The position numbers and the translations under genes were made by a program. The notes below the pieces were generated by a model, which saw only the letters and a list, made by a program, of their open reading frames with translations, ran no database searches and had not been told where the DNA came from. DNA of 64,000 nt from Anthoceros angustus (Eukaryota; Plantae; Anthocerotophyta), in assembly GCA_010909165.1 (NCBI GenBank), contig MU008168.1:1571985-1635984 (forward strand). The letters are read 5' to 3'. Positions 39,830 through 52,676 of this stretch are shown piece by piece (position 1 is the stretch's first letter; each line of letters begins with the position of its first letter).

Positions 39830-40800
39830 TGGTGTCGGGATCAAAACATGGTTCTAGTGTTCGGAAGGCGGGGTGAATCACGAGATTCGGGAGGAAGGGC
39901 AAGCTCATAGGCCACGGGGCCAATGCAGCGGAGGATACGGTAAGGACCAACAAAGCGAAATCTTATCCCGGAAGGGATAAATTCGAGGCAGAAGACAAGA
40001 CATAGGTACCAACAAATTCTTGAGGGCAGCGATGATTGGCGATTGGGCTTGGTTTGGGTTCCATGGGCAAGACGAGCCTCTGCGAGGGACACGTTGGGTG
40101 AGAAAATCGACAAGCGGCGGGACACAAGCGGCAGGCAAGGGAAGCGAAAACGCGCGGGGTGAAAACCTTTGTTGAACAAGAATGGAGTAACTCGGGTTGA
40201 GGCGTTAGGGGCGTTGTTGTAGGCAAACTCACGAGGTGGAGAAAGTCCAGCCGAGTTTGGTGCACTGCATAAGCACGGAGTATATCCTCTAAAACTTGAT
40301 TAGCTCGCTCCGTAGCACCATCCGTCGAGGATAAAAGGCGATGAACATCGAGCTTGGTGCCAAGACCACAATGAACCGCTTGCGAGCGGGACGTAAACTG
40401 GAATCATGATCGCTCACAAGAGGCGAGGGAGGCCATGGGCACGATAAACCACTTTCGAATAAGTCGGTTTGTTCGTGAGCATGTCTCGAGTGGAGGCAAG
40501 GAGCACTTGATGAGTAAGCTTATTCGTGAGACCGACCAGCGCATCAAAGCCGATGCGGCGAGGCAATCCGGTTATGAAGTCAAGTGTGACTTGAGACGGG
40601 GCAAGGGTTGGAGCGGGCCGGCAAGGCGTTGGTGACAAGCTTTGTTGCATTGGCATAAGTTGCAAAGGAGGACATAATCTCGGACGTCTGATTGAGTGAG
40701 GCCAAAAATAGAGCCGATTGAGAGTGGTAGTAGTAAGATTTATGACATAGATGGAACATCGTGGGCTTGAAATCAAAGCCCGGCAAATATGGGGAACTTA
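39830..40800 (-). mobile_element. degraded Ty3/Gypsy (chromovirus-like) integrase fragment
   Basis: YFWP, TLDFITGLP, GPYRILRCIGPVAYELALP (GPY/F motif). Confidence 0.8.
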
Positions 40801-40805
40801 AGGGA

Positions 40806-40965
40806 TGTCATACCATGTGACACTACTCTGCACTTGGGTTTAGTGTTTGATTAGCATTAATTAATCTAATGACTTGTCTTTAAGTAATTAGTATTAATTA
40901 ATCTAAAGCGCTTACATTAATTAAGTATTGATTAGTGTTAATGAAACATGGTTAGCAATAGCTAA
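40806..40965 (+). mobile_element. 5' part of segment A of the split-repeat Gypsy family
   Basis: TGTCATACCATGTGACACT...CACTTGGGTTTAGTGTTTGATTAGC matches 13115 onward and the reverse complement of 62267 downward. Confidence 0.8.
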
Positions 40966-41694
40966 CGGGATGGCTTTCAAGGTCACTAAGCATAGGGCAA
41001 TGCATGCAAGCCACCTCTTCATCCCACTTGGACAGTTTCAGGGATTGCTCCTATCTATAGCAATCCTTGCGATCTTCCTTTGATGTCCTCTCATAGATGA
41101 CTGACCCCAATCTATTCTCTTTCTTTAATAAAAACCAATTATTTTTCTCCCATGTGCAGTTTGCATTCACATCCAATGTAGGATATCGTATGCTATGGTA
41201 CGCTCTCGAGGCTTGTCCATCTCCTCCACACATAACTTACGTGTGTCAGCCCGAGATTTATCCCTTCGATCTGTAAGATTTCTGTTGGTCTACCATCCTC
41301 TTGACATTGGCCTTGTGCCCTATGAGCCACCTTCCTCCCAATCTTGCATTCACCCCTTCAGACAGAACATGTTTTGATCGCCACACCATTCACTTTGCGT
41401 TGAGCTCAGTATGCTCATTGACGCAGTAGTCCTTCCATGCGACAATAGAATCTACCGCCATGAGGCATATTTCAAAGCCCTTGCACTCACGATCAAAAAG
41501 TCTCAATATCTTGCGTTGCTCTCGCCACTCAAGATGATGATTTTCAAGTTGGTTTAAAGACATGGTACGACATGGTACCACGTGATTCTTGCTACGATCT
41601 AGTTTGGAATGAGCATGGAGGAATGCCAATCATGAAAAAAGTGTTCATTCTCATTTCTCATCGCGATGAGGAAACCAACGCGTTAACGCACTGA

Positions 41695-44600
41695 AAAGTC
41701 GCTGCCTGGGCCTCGACGCCTGATTGATTTTTCGGTAGTGGAGGTGAATTTTAGAGAGGAAAATTGACCTTTTGGTCATTTTTACCCAATATAGTAAAAT
41801 TCATTACAATATAGTAGAAAACATATGCCAAGTGGGATGAAAATGATCTACCATCAAGGTAGAAAATAGAGCACTAGAGTAGAAAACATGGCGACCAAGT
41901 GAATACCGGTGCATCTAGTAAGCTCATTCTAGAAATCCCACCAAAATCGCTAATCGACAAAACATTTTACATTAAATAATATTCATGCGGATCCGGGATA
42001 TACAAAAACCAACAAAGAAACCTTTTCTTTGCGAGTTTCTGTATATCGAGAATGGCATAAATACAAATTCAACTAATGAAGAGTAAATACGAATAGATTG
42101 AACTACTGCTTCAACAACAATGGAACCTACAAACAAAAGCGAAAATTAGCACACAATTAATTATGATACTAGAAAACACGAAATAATCATAGCAAATACT
42201 TAAGAATGATACTCACCTTATTTTGGAAATTAATTGTACAATTATCTGATTGAAAATGTAATTTTCACGACCACTTGGCTTGATTGGCACTTGCGGCATC
42301 ATTATCATAATTGGCAACCAATTGATGAAGGCGAGGACTTGAAATTGTCATCTTCTGCAAGGTCACAACCTAATAAAATACAACCATTGATTTTCAATCT
42401 ACTGGATTAATAAAGAGCATAAGAAACTTACCAATCGGATTTTCGCGAGATAGCGTGCAAATATCTCGAGGCACATTCTTACGCTCTGTTGTCTTTCCCA
42501 CCAATCTTGAACCTCTTGCTGCTCTCTGCTTACTTGATTTCTCTTGATGCTTAATGTGCTCTTGTCTCCTCTCACATTTCTCCGCCTCAATCTCAAGGGC
42601 TTTCTCTCTTTGCTTAGAGACTCGTAATTCAAGCTACGCCTCTGTCTCTCTATAAGTGCCTCCAAATCCTTTTTGTGAAACTCCAATTCACATTTACATT
42701 TATCATACCAATTCCGTTCTCGCGATCTCGAGCCCGGCTCAAAGCCACTTCCATTTCCATTTTTATACGATATCGGTGCTACCACGTACATTTACATCTG
42801 GTTAACCCGGATGGTGATCACTCACTCACTGTGCCCTCGGAGGGACCCGCGCATCGACTTCCCTCGTATCAATGTTGAAATGAGGGACGTAAAGCTTACA
42901 CTAGTCGAGGATTCACAAATGCCAAGAAACACAATCGAAACTCCAAAAAAATGAAAACAAACAAGCGACAAAGAATCAACCTTGTCAACATATGGAATTT
43001 CACTAGAACAGGTTGTTGGCTGCTGTTATCCATCTGGATGCCTTGGCCCTGCTTTCGGAGGTATGTTTGCAACAAAACCACAGTCTCCACATAACAACAA
43101 AAACCGGTATGATTAAAGCGGATCCAACATGGCGGCTACAACAAAGGAACACAATACCAACTTTGAACTTGAGGACACGATGGACCACATGGTGCGGAAA
43201 ACTCGATTCGGTCATTGTTCGTGCCTTTCATGATGAACAACGGGGGTGGCCAGAGACCTAACACACAAAAACAAGTCGGGACACGATTTGCAACAAATCT
43301 ACATACTTGCAACAAATCTCAAACACATTGTTAACTTGTTGCACTTGCAAGCGATCTTGGTGACTGAAAATACAATTTGAGTCACATTGAGGGCATTGAT
43401 GGAAGAACACCCTTAAATCATCCGCATCCGATTTAAGTTCTTCGTTCAAAAGCTCTGATAGGATCGTCGTTCACGGAACAAGACTCTTCTACTGTTTTGC
43501 TTGACGACGGTCATATCACAAACCATATCGAACGTCGAAGGAACATACAAAGGACTCAAATGTCACAAGCTTTCAAAACATATTACCTTGAGAATCCAGG
43601 TTTTATGGCCGGTCACACTTCTCCCGGCCGAGAGGCACGAGCCATCGTCAAGCGTGTAATCATTGTTACCGGCTCTTATTGGTGTAGCCAACAAGCCCGG
43701 TACTTGACCATGGTCTTCATGAACCTTGACAACATTCCTTTTGAAACACAGTTTTGCATACCAAGCCTAGCCAAAAACAAGCGGTTAGTAAATACAAACC
43801 ACAAAACTTAAGCCCAATAACAACAAACTTACATTTGATCTTGGGTTATCAATGGTTGAATTGAGAAACCCACAGATTGACAGATTTTGTCGTTTACAGA
43901 CCACTTGGGAGAGTGTTCAATATGACTCTAAAAGTTTCGATAACATCCTTTTAAATCTTGACCTTTTGGCGGAAATGCTCACTGGTAATTCTTCATGTCC
44001 ACTTTGTAATTTTTGAAAAGTTCTTCATACATGAAAGCGAGCTCATCAAAACATAAAACATCAAACAATAACATCAAACTGAACAAAACAACCAAAACAT
44101 CAAAGGTCCACTGAATCGATGAAATGAGAAGTCCTAATGAGCGGGTTATGTAACTCTTCACCACCTCGAACTCAAACTGGTCATGCAAAATATACACAGC
44201 AAACAATAGGCATAAGACTCAGTTTAAGACCATAAATGAACAATCAAGTGCACCCCCAAAAACCAACAATATTACCTTTTTGAGCCCCCAAATGAGCATT
44301 GATGATCTACATGTGAAAGAATCCATCGCTCATCATCGAAATCAACTTCACCTCTTTCGACATGACACAATCCCAAGGTCCTTGCGATTTTCATGGGCAA
44401 CCAGTACAGGACCCATGGAAAATTCCATGAAACATGTTGATCAAGAACATGAACAGAAAGCGGCTTTGGTTCAAGATGCACTTCCTTGTTAAAATTCGGT
44501 TAAAACCACGAAGAAAGACATCCACAGTGAAGATCGGCAATCGGTCATGTGAAAGGAAAGTCAAAAAATCAACAAGTGAAAACATCACTACTTACGTTTA

Positions 44601-44988
44601 CGAGAAAATCTCTGTTGTCCTTGATTCGAACTTGATGGAAAAAGGATATCGAATAAGATTAGATCCTTGTGAGGAATATCCTCAACGTGTATCCATCCCT
44701 CACACCACTCACTTTCATAAAGGCCACAGGCGACTTGACACGGTTATTACGCCGTTTGGACCTATCCTCCCACCACTCAAAGCATCATTCACGGCTCCCT
44801 CGGACTAGCGGTCAAATCCTCTCTAAAATTTACTTCATCATCAATTTCCTCCATACCCATGGCATGGTCATCTTGGGACAGGCCACACTTTAGCCTCTCA
44901 AACATATCGAGCACTTCTTGATCGGGGATGACTCAAGGTCGAGACCAAAAACGAGGCCATGGAAAAGCGCGGTACCAAACCATCTCTG
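41695..44988 (-). mobile_element. Crypton-like DNA transposon: intron-containing tyrosine recombinase (DUF3504-like), degraded; main part
   Basis: Minus-strand motifs in order: RGGEEL (44151-44168), WY (43758-43763), FMKTM (43709-43723), YTNKS-R-VTMITRL (43672-43686 onward), TGHK (43602-43613), YDR after an intron (~43510), C-terminal NCTINF. Confidence 0.8.
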
Positions 44989-45792
44989 TCAATGTCGGAA
45001 GCACTTGAATTTATATAAGCGTATACATGACCACAGACAAATCTAATACGGTATATAGGTGCAAACCAATAACAACAGGGAGAGTAGCTCGCATAGTAGC
45101 TGCACACTCTCCACGAACAACAGCAAATTCCTCGCGCCGGCTCACCGGGTCGTAGCTTTGGGTCCTCCACTGCATTGCGTTTCTAGAGGACAAGCTATGA
45201 TGCGAAACTTGTCCTCGATGGAAGGTACATATATCTTGAGACCACAGGCATCGGCATATTCATAAGATATCCTATTGGCGTCGTATGCGGAAATATCCTA
45301 AGAATACACTATAATGTCTGAGGAATATGCAAGCATATTACTTGAGCTTATCCACTTAGCTATTGTATCCTAAGAATACACTATAATATGCAAGGAATAT
45401 GCCAAAGCATATTACTTGAGCTTATCCACTTAGCTAATGCTAACCATGTTTAATTAACACTAATCAATGCTTAATTAACATAAGCACATTAGATTAATTA
45501 ACACTAATCAACGCAATTAACATAAGCACTTTAGATTAATTAACACTAATTACTTACTTAAAGATAAGTAATTAGATTAATTAATGCTAATCAAACACTA
45601 AACCCAAGTGCAGATTAGTATCACACGGCATGGCGGTCGCATCGAGGTAAGCACTTGAATTCATATAAGCACTTCCTCGACCAACAACCAAGCAAACAAA
45701 TCTAATACGCGGTATATAGGTGCAAACCAATCCCCCGATAATGTGAGACTCCAAGTCGAACATTATCATTAGTAGAACTACATCGTCGCACC

Positions 45793-48700
45793 TCATGTAG
45801 TGCATTGTGCACAAAACCAATCTTCCTCGGGAATGTCGTCAAGAGGTGGTTGAACACAAAACATGTGGTATCCCCTATTGCACCGATCACAAAGAAGCAT
45901 TACATCATCATCATCGATCGTCCACAAACGACACTCCAAGTCTTTGGGTGGGCGCCACATTGTAGGTAGTTGAGGGTCCAAATTGGGTAAGTGGCATGGT
46001 GCGCAGTTCTTGAGGTGATCCTTCCATCTTGACCATCGGATCCTTGAGCTCAAGCACTCCATCTTTGCCTACTCGCACGACCATAAGATGACTCTGGTGG
46101 ATACCTCCAAGGTGTTGCACTGGCTTCCGATGCGGTAGACATAATCTCCAACTTGAACTTGCACCTTGGGTTTCCATGTCCCTCCTCGTGTGTAAGCATA
46201 GCGCATTGATCCTGTTGCGCTATGGCAAGGTTCTCCATTGCCATGGGCATGATCCGTTTGAAAAGCTCGCCCGCCTTTCCGGTCTCGTAGGCAATCATCC
46301 GCATTGCGCCAATCCGGTGTAGCCTTGCTTGCCTCACGTTTGGCAAAATGGTTGTCGCCCATACAACAAGTAGTATGGTGAAAAATTGCTCAAGGCTGAT
46401 TGCTCACCCTGCCCTAGCACTAGGTATGGCATCCCTTCATCCCATGTCTTGGTCATTTGTGAGACAATATTTGCGCAAGGCCGCTTGAAGGTGCACTGGC
46501 GTTGACAAGTCCATCGGCTTGAGGATGATCTCGGCGTCGTCGATGATCAATCAAGCTCTGTCAAGCAAGTCTTGAAATTCCCCACGAATTCTTTGCCCTG
46601 TCGGTGAGAACCTGCACATGCTCCATATCGACTAAGAACGGAAGAGAACGCCTTCTTGGTAAGCCGAGTCACGCTTGGGTAAGATGGCAACCTCGCACCA
46701 CTTGCTGAAATGCTCCACCATTAGCATGACATGCTTGTTTCCAGTACGCGTCTCTGGCATGTCTGGCATGAGATCCACACTCCACAGTAGAAGAGTCCTC
46801 GGATCGGCGTGAAGCACAACATCATTGGGTGAACCTTGCCTTCACTCGAACACTCGACATTCTGCGACCCGGCCTTTCCACATCTCCATACATCCTTGCC
46901 CAAAAGTGTGTGGGCTGAGCATCTTTGTAGGTGCGCTTAGCACCAAAATGCCCTAAGCCTTCATGCACCTGGGTGATGAGTCTCACCCGGTCCTCCGGCT
47001 TGGGTACAATTCTATCTCCCTGAATCACGGACATACATTATGTCCTCCTTCCAATAATCCGAGCCACCTTCTCGCGTAGCTTGGCACCTTCGAGATGAAA
47101 GCCCTTGTGGCAATTCCCCGACCTTAGGAAGGTCACCGCTATTGCATCCGCCCGGATGTCCCCGGACTCGCATAAGCGATGAGTGGAGGGCATCTTGACA
47201 TCCTCATGCAGCATGGCCAACATGGTATCTGGACTACTCTCCCCCCCAGCCGGTTGCTCGTCATCTGAATCTTGCCTGGCCCCTGTAGTGTCTTCGTTAC
47301 GAGGTAGAGGATTCCTTGACAACCCATCAGCATTAGAGTGAACTCTACCTGCTCGGTGTTCGATGACAAAGTCATACTCCTGGAGAATGAGAGCCCACCT
47401 CGCCAGCTTTCCTGTAAGCTTGGCGTTCGTCATCAACCAGTGCAAGGGTTGATGGTCGGTGATTAGTCGAAATTGATGTCCAAACAAGTACGAAAGTGTC
47501 CGCCCTGCTTGCAAGACATTCTCCTTCATAGGCGAGTAGTTGGACTCCACGGTTGTTGCTCCGGCGCATAGGCAATGACATGTTCCTCTTCCTTGTCATT
47601 GATCTGCCAAGAGGCCCTATGCCGTACTTGCTCCAATCGATGTAAAATCGAGCAGCTTCAAGTTTGGATGACCAAGAATTGGCGAGCTCATGAGTCTACC
47701 CTTCAACTCCATGAAAGCGACTCCTCCTCTTGAGTCCAACGCCAAGTCACCAACTTCTTCAACAAGTCATTCAATGGCGCGCAATCCTGCTCATCCGCGG
47801 AATGAACTTCCAGTAACTGCCAAACCCAAGAATGCCCTCAACTTGAGATGTCGTTTGGCACGAATGCGCGATTGCCTCCACCTTGGTGGCATGCGGCGAG
47901 ATCCGTCGTGATCCAATGACCCAAGTACAACACCTTATCCTCTCCAAATCGACACTTCCTGGATGGGCCTTCAACCCTGGCGGCCCGTCTAGCAAAAGGC
48001 GCTCGAAGATGTTGTAGATGCTCCTCAAGATGATGACGTCATCAATGTAGCACTTGGCGAAATGCAAGTCCTTGAGCTCATTGTCCATGTACCTTTGAAC
48101 TGCGTTGGCGATGTCTTCAACCCAAATGGCATGTAATTCCACTCGTACAAGCAATCTACGCCCCAGCCGTTTTCTTCTTGTCTTCTTGATCTCTACTTGG
48201 TGAAACCCTAGCCTCAAGTCCAATGTTGAGAAGAACTTGGAGAATGGTGTCGAAGATCTCTTGACCGTCGGCATGGGATAGTGGTCATGTGGGATTCGCT
48301 CGTTCAAGATAGTCACCACACATTCTCCTCTCCGTCCACAATCCATTCTCATCCTTCTTTTTGGAAGCCTGCTGCGTCTGCGAGTTAGATCGTCGAATCA
48401 GCCCTAGAGAAGCTCTTGGCATCGATTCTCAACCAAATCCCACTCGGCCTTGCGAGCACCTCTGCGGAACACGGTTCATCCGTGGTCGATTCTATGTGGA
48501 ACTTCCCTTTGGTGTACTTCCCCATCTCCGCGTGAAAGCAAACACATGTCGCGATGCCTCCAACAACTCCTTTAGGCGGCGCGTTGATTGCTCTTCAACT
48601 CGGCTGTTAACCACTCATGTGGTGTGGCTCGGATGGCACGCTTCCTCGTGCTCCTCCTTGCCCTCCAAACTCGCCTTCTCCTGTTGAGATGCGAGTCGGA

Positions 48701-51700
48701 ATATCACCCAGAACCCGCTTCAACCCCGCCTTCTGGTTTGTTGGTAAGCGACTCGGTAGCTAAACAACCGGTCATCATGTTCACGTCAAATGCTTGCCCA
48801 AGCAATCGACACCGTTCCTTCTCGGTCACTCCGGTGTCTTCGTGGCTCGCATCAAATCCATGGCCAACTCCTCTCTGTGGTTTGGCTCTCCCAAACCTCG
48901 CCATGTCATCCACCACACCGGGCCATGGTTCCTGAAGGCGTAAGACTTGGACTTAGACACAAAGGTTGGCCAAGCCATGGGGTGTCGGGCGTGTTCACAG
49001 GAAGTGCGGCTTGTGGGTCTTGATGACTTGTTGGGCATGCCTTCCCATGCTAGCACATCCTTGACAACATGATTAGGTCGCTTGGTGAGCGACCTCGCAC
49101 TTCAAATGTTCCAAGGGAGCAAGGTTAGTCCACATGGACCTCAACCTATGAGCCCTCGAACCAAATTGAATTGCATCCAATAGAAGCTCGACCCAACACT
49201 CCTCGGATCGTGGCAAAGTCCTCCGAACTTGCTTCTTCACGCTCATGCATCTGGCACATTCTCCAACATGTATCCACAAGGCCTTTCTTGCCCTTTGGAT
49301 CAAGCGCAAGATCCTCATCAGTCATAGAACAATGCTGTTCGTGGATCCTTGAGACCTTGACCCTTACTGCGGAGGATAGTCCTTGACACTCCCAACTGCG
49401 ATGACAAGGTCCACGGTTGCCCAAGACAACTCAAATGGGACAACCCTATCATGCGAACATCCATCGGTATACGGTAACCCTTCACGACTCCCACGTCGAG
49501 GTTAGGTACTCCCCATCAAGTCTCTTACGCAACGCGGCACAATCCTTGCTTTTGGATCCGGGTCACAATATCTTCGCACTTTGATGCCACACTTTAGCAC
49601 GCTTCAAGCCGTCGATGCCTCCAAAGAGTTCCACGAGCACTATGCCGTCTTCCGAGGTCGCCATGTGATGACACAGGTGTTTAGGTCACAAACAGGCTCA
49701 ACCCTAGGCAAGAACTTACAGTTCTCGGCTCATAGGACCTTGGTCCTCTTGCACCATCCTCCACAGCTTTTTGCGGCTCATTCTGCAGTCCACCCGTCCG
49801 AGTGACTTGAAGAACCTCCTCCAGGGTGGTTGCAACCCTAGCTTGTTTCCTCCTCCTCGTCAAAATCCTCCATCGGTCGATTCGGTTGTTAGACACACGC
49901 CAAGAGGTTCAAGCACGTATGGCGTGTCCTTCACTCTGCGCCAAACCTGGGTGAGCTGCTGGCAATGAGGTTCTCATGATCCTTGCCATGCGGTAGAGGG
50001 ATGCGGGCAATCCGTTCATCGGTTTTGCTCCGCTTCTCCTGTCGATAGTAGGCATCTCCGTCCACAAATCCACCATGACTCGAGGTTTGTACAAAGCGTC
50101 CGCTCCAGAAGACATCAAAAGTGTATCGGTGACCAAGCGGTGTACCTCGACAAAGGTGAAGTCTGTTCTTGGTTTGAATGAAACCCTTGTACCTTGTCAC
50201 CCCAACACATGCTCCGTGGTCCCAGTGCGTCTGGATCTTCCACTTGGTTTCCTTCAACCTTTCTTGGTGGAGACCCAACGCCTTCACTCTTCTTCCAACG
50301 ATCACCTGCTCGGTGTCAATCAACACCTCCTTGGTGCGAATCCATTGATTTCAATGTGCCTCTCGATTGTTGACCAAAGCCACTCCCACTGCAAAGCATT
50401 CCTTCTCCACGAGATGCTTGGCTCGAGGTCGGCAATCATTGCCACTGTTGTGGCACATTTGACACTTGCTTCTTCAAGGGTTGTCAACATCCGAGTCAAA
50501 CCCCGACTTCCTTCACGCTCAACCCCATGTCTTGTAATGAAACATGGCATCTCCGAGCTTTTGTGCCATCGTCTCCGTCGCAATCTGCATGGGTTTCTCC
50601 ACATCGCCACTCTGGACTTTGATGTTGCTCCACAGTTGCTCCTGTTGGCTCAACGACTTTGGCATCTTGGCATAGGTTCGGAAGAGGATCCAAGCTTCCC
50701 GTGTCTTCCACTGCGGTGTCAAGACATCCTCTTCTTCCTCGAGCTATCTTCTCTCGTAGCTGCGAGGTTTCTTCCCTGCCCTTGGATCGGTCACGGTCGC
50801 CATGTATCCAAGCTTGTGCTCATCTTCTTCGTCCTCGATGATGAGAACTGCTCTCCTTGATCTTCGCCTTCCGCACCAACTTCTCCAGCTTTGCAAGGCG
50901 TGCCACGTAGCTGTCCATCGTCTTCTTTGATGCTTCCGTTTCTTTTGTCCACGGGACTTCTCCTCCACGCCTTTGCTCTTGATTTTGTGGATGAGGTTGG
51001 CCGGCATTGGCGGGGTTGCTTTTCGATAACCCGTAGGCCAATTCGGATGCTTCTCCCAACATGCCGCTTCATTGTGCCGTACCTCCACACCTAGGGCATG
51101 GCTCCTCACCCTTGACTCCTCCGAATGCATGCTCGCACTCATGAGGGAATGGTCCGTCCTCGGCACCTCACGCAGGGCTCGTCACTTGGGCTGTGGGGTG
51201 GCTTGTCTCGAGCTCCTCCACTCGACCTCCGTCGGTCATGTCGTCCACCACTCCTACTTGTCTTGAGTAATCACTTGCACCGACGTGCCCTATCTTGTCA
51301 GCCATCTCGTACACTTCCTTGAGGGTGGAATGTTGCCCCTTCGTGCTGTGCATCGCTTGTTGCACCTTCATGCGCAGTGCATATGGCAATGCCTACAAGT
51401 ACTTCTCTGCAGCCAGTCGGTCACTCATGATCTTGGTGTCACATACCAACTGGTCGATTCTTCGATAAGCCATTTCGCAGTCTCGCCTGACTTCATCTTG
51501 AAGTGTGTCAGCTCGGAGATCTTCTCATCCGTGCTTGTAGGAAACTCCAGCCAAAAGATGTCAAACATCTCTTCGATGGGATCGTGCCCACTCGGTGCAC
51601 TCCGTCTGCTGGTTCCTGAGCTTGAGCGCTACTCTGGTCCTCGGTGCTCAACAGCCTCGCCTTGTGCTCGCGATAGCACGCCAATGCTTCATCCCCAAGT

Positions 51701-52067
51701 ACTTGCATTTGGATGAAGCCATCGCTCGTGTCCGGTCTTCAATTCCATCTCCGCACACACCGTACTTCTCGATGAAGTCCTCCGGTGGCAAGGTGCCCGC
51801 TCGTCTGTGAACAACTCCATTCGATCCTTGTCTCCTCCCATCTTGGCGACTCCAAGAGACAAGTCCTCCTCGCTCGCTTCCGAGTTGTCCGGCACTAACG
51901 TGTCTTGTGTGTTGCCACTCACGATCCTTCAAAGATTGTTGATTGTGTCTGGGTTCCTCCGCGTCCTTTGGTACCAAAATCGAGGTGTTCACTTCTCCTC
52001 TTGGTCGGGACTTGAATTTCGATGGACTTGGTTGGTAGCTCCGTCCGGATCGAGTGTGTCCAGGCAT
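45793..52067 (-). pseudogene. gag-pol (RT, RNase H, integrase, PHD finger), heavily frameshifted as assembled
   Basis: RT FSTLDLRLGFHQ and CYIDDVII; RNase H ITDHQPL, ARWALILQEYDF, NADGLSR; integrase GHFGAKRT, WSVDL, VEHFSKW; PHD C..MLLCDRCNRGYHMFCVQPPL..WFCAQC (~45800-45935). Confidence 0.92.
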
Positions 52068-52479
52068 GCACTCCAGGCGGTTAGTGGCTAGATCAAACCC
52101 TTAATCAAGGTTAACACACCCCGCTATCTTAGATCGTGATTAGTGAAACCTCTAAGTATCTATGCATGTTAAAATCACATACAAATACTCTGCAGGCTAC
52201 GCTGTGGTCAAGAAATGTGAGCTGGGTGAGTTGGATAGCAAAGGCATAGGAACTCCAGAGTTAAGCACCCGTGGGGTGGATCAGTACCTGGATGGGGTGC
52301 CAACTAGGACTTTTGGACAGAAAGTGAAATCAAATGGACTGATGACATACCCATGTCTATCCGCTTCTCCCTTATCCCTTGGAATCCGGGGCCCAAGAGT
52401 AAAATACTCTTGTTTCTCCCTTGGTTGGTTGGCCTTAAGCCCCTGTGGAGGCCTCATTCCTCTCCTTGGTATGGGCTTC

Positions 52480-52676
52480 TTGCCTCGCCTCCTCTCCTTG
52501 GCCTTGGACTTGGGCTTCTTGCCTCCTCTCCTTGGCCTTGGACTTGGGCTCCTTCGCCTCCTCTCCTTGGCCTTGGACTTGGGCTTCTTCGCCTCCTCTC
52601 CTTGGCCTTGGACTTGGGCTTCTTCGCCTCCTCTCCTTGGCCTTGGACTTGGGCTTCTTCGCCTCCTCTCCTTGGC
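52480..52676. repeat. ~39-bp tandem array in the Gypsy 5' leader; continues at 61338-61520
   Basis: CTTCGCCTCCTCTCCTTGGCCTTGGACTTGGGCTT-like units on both sides of the nested element. Confidence 0.9.
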
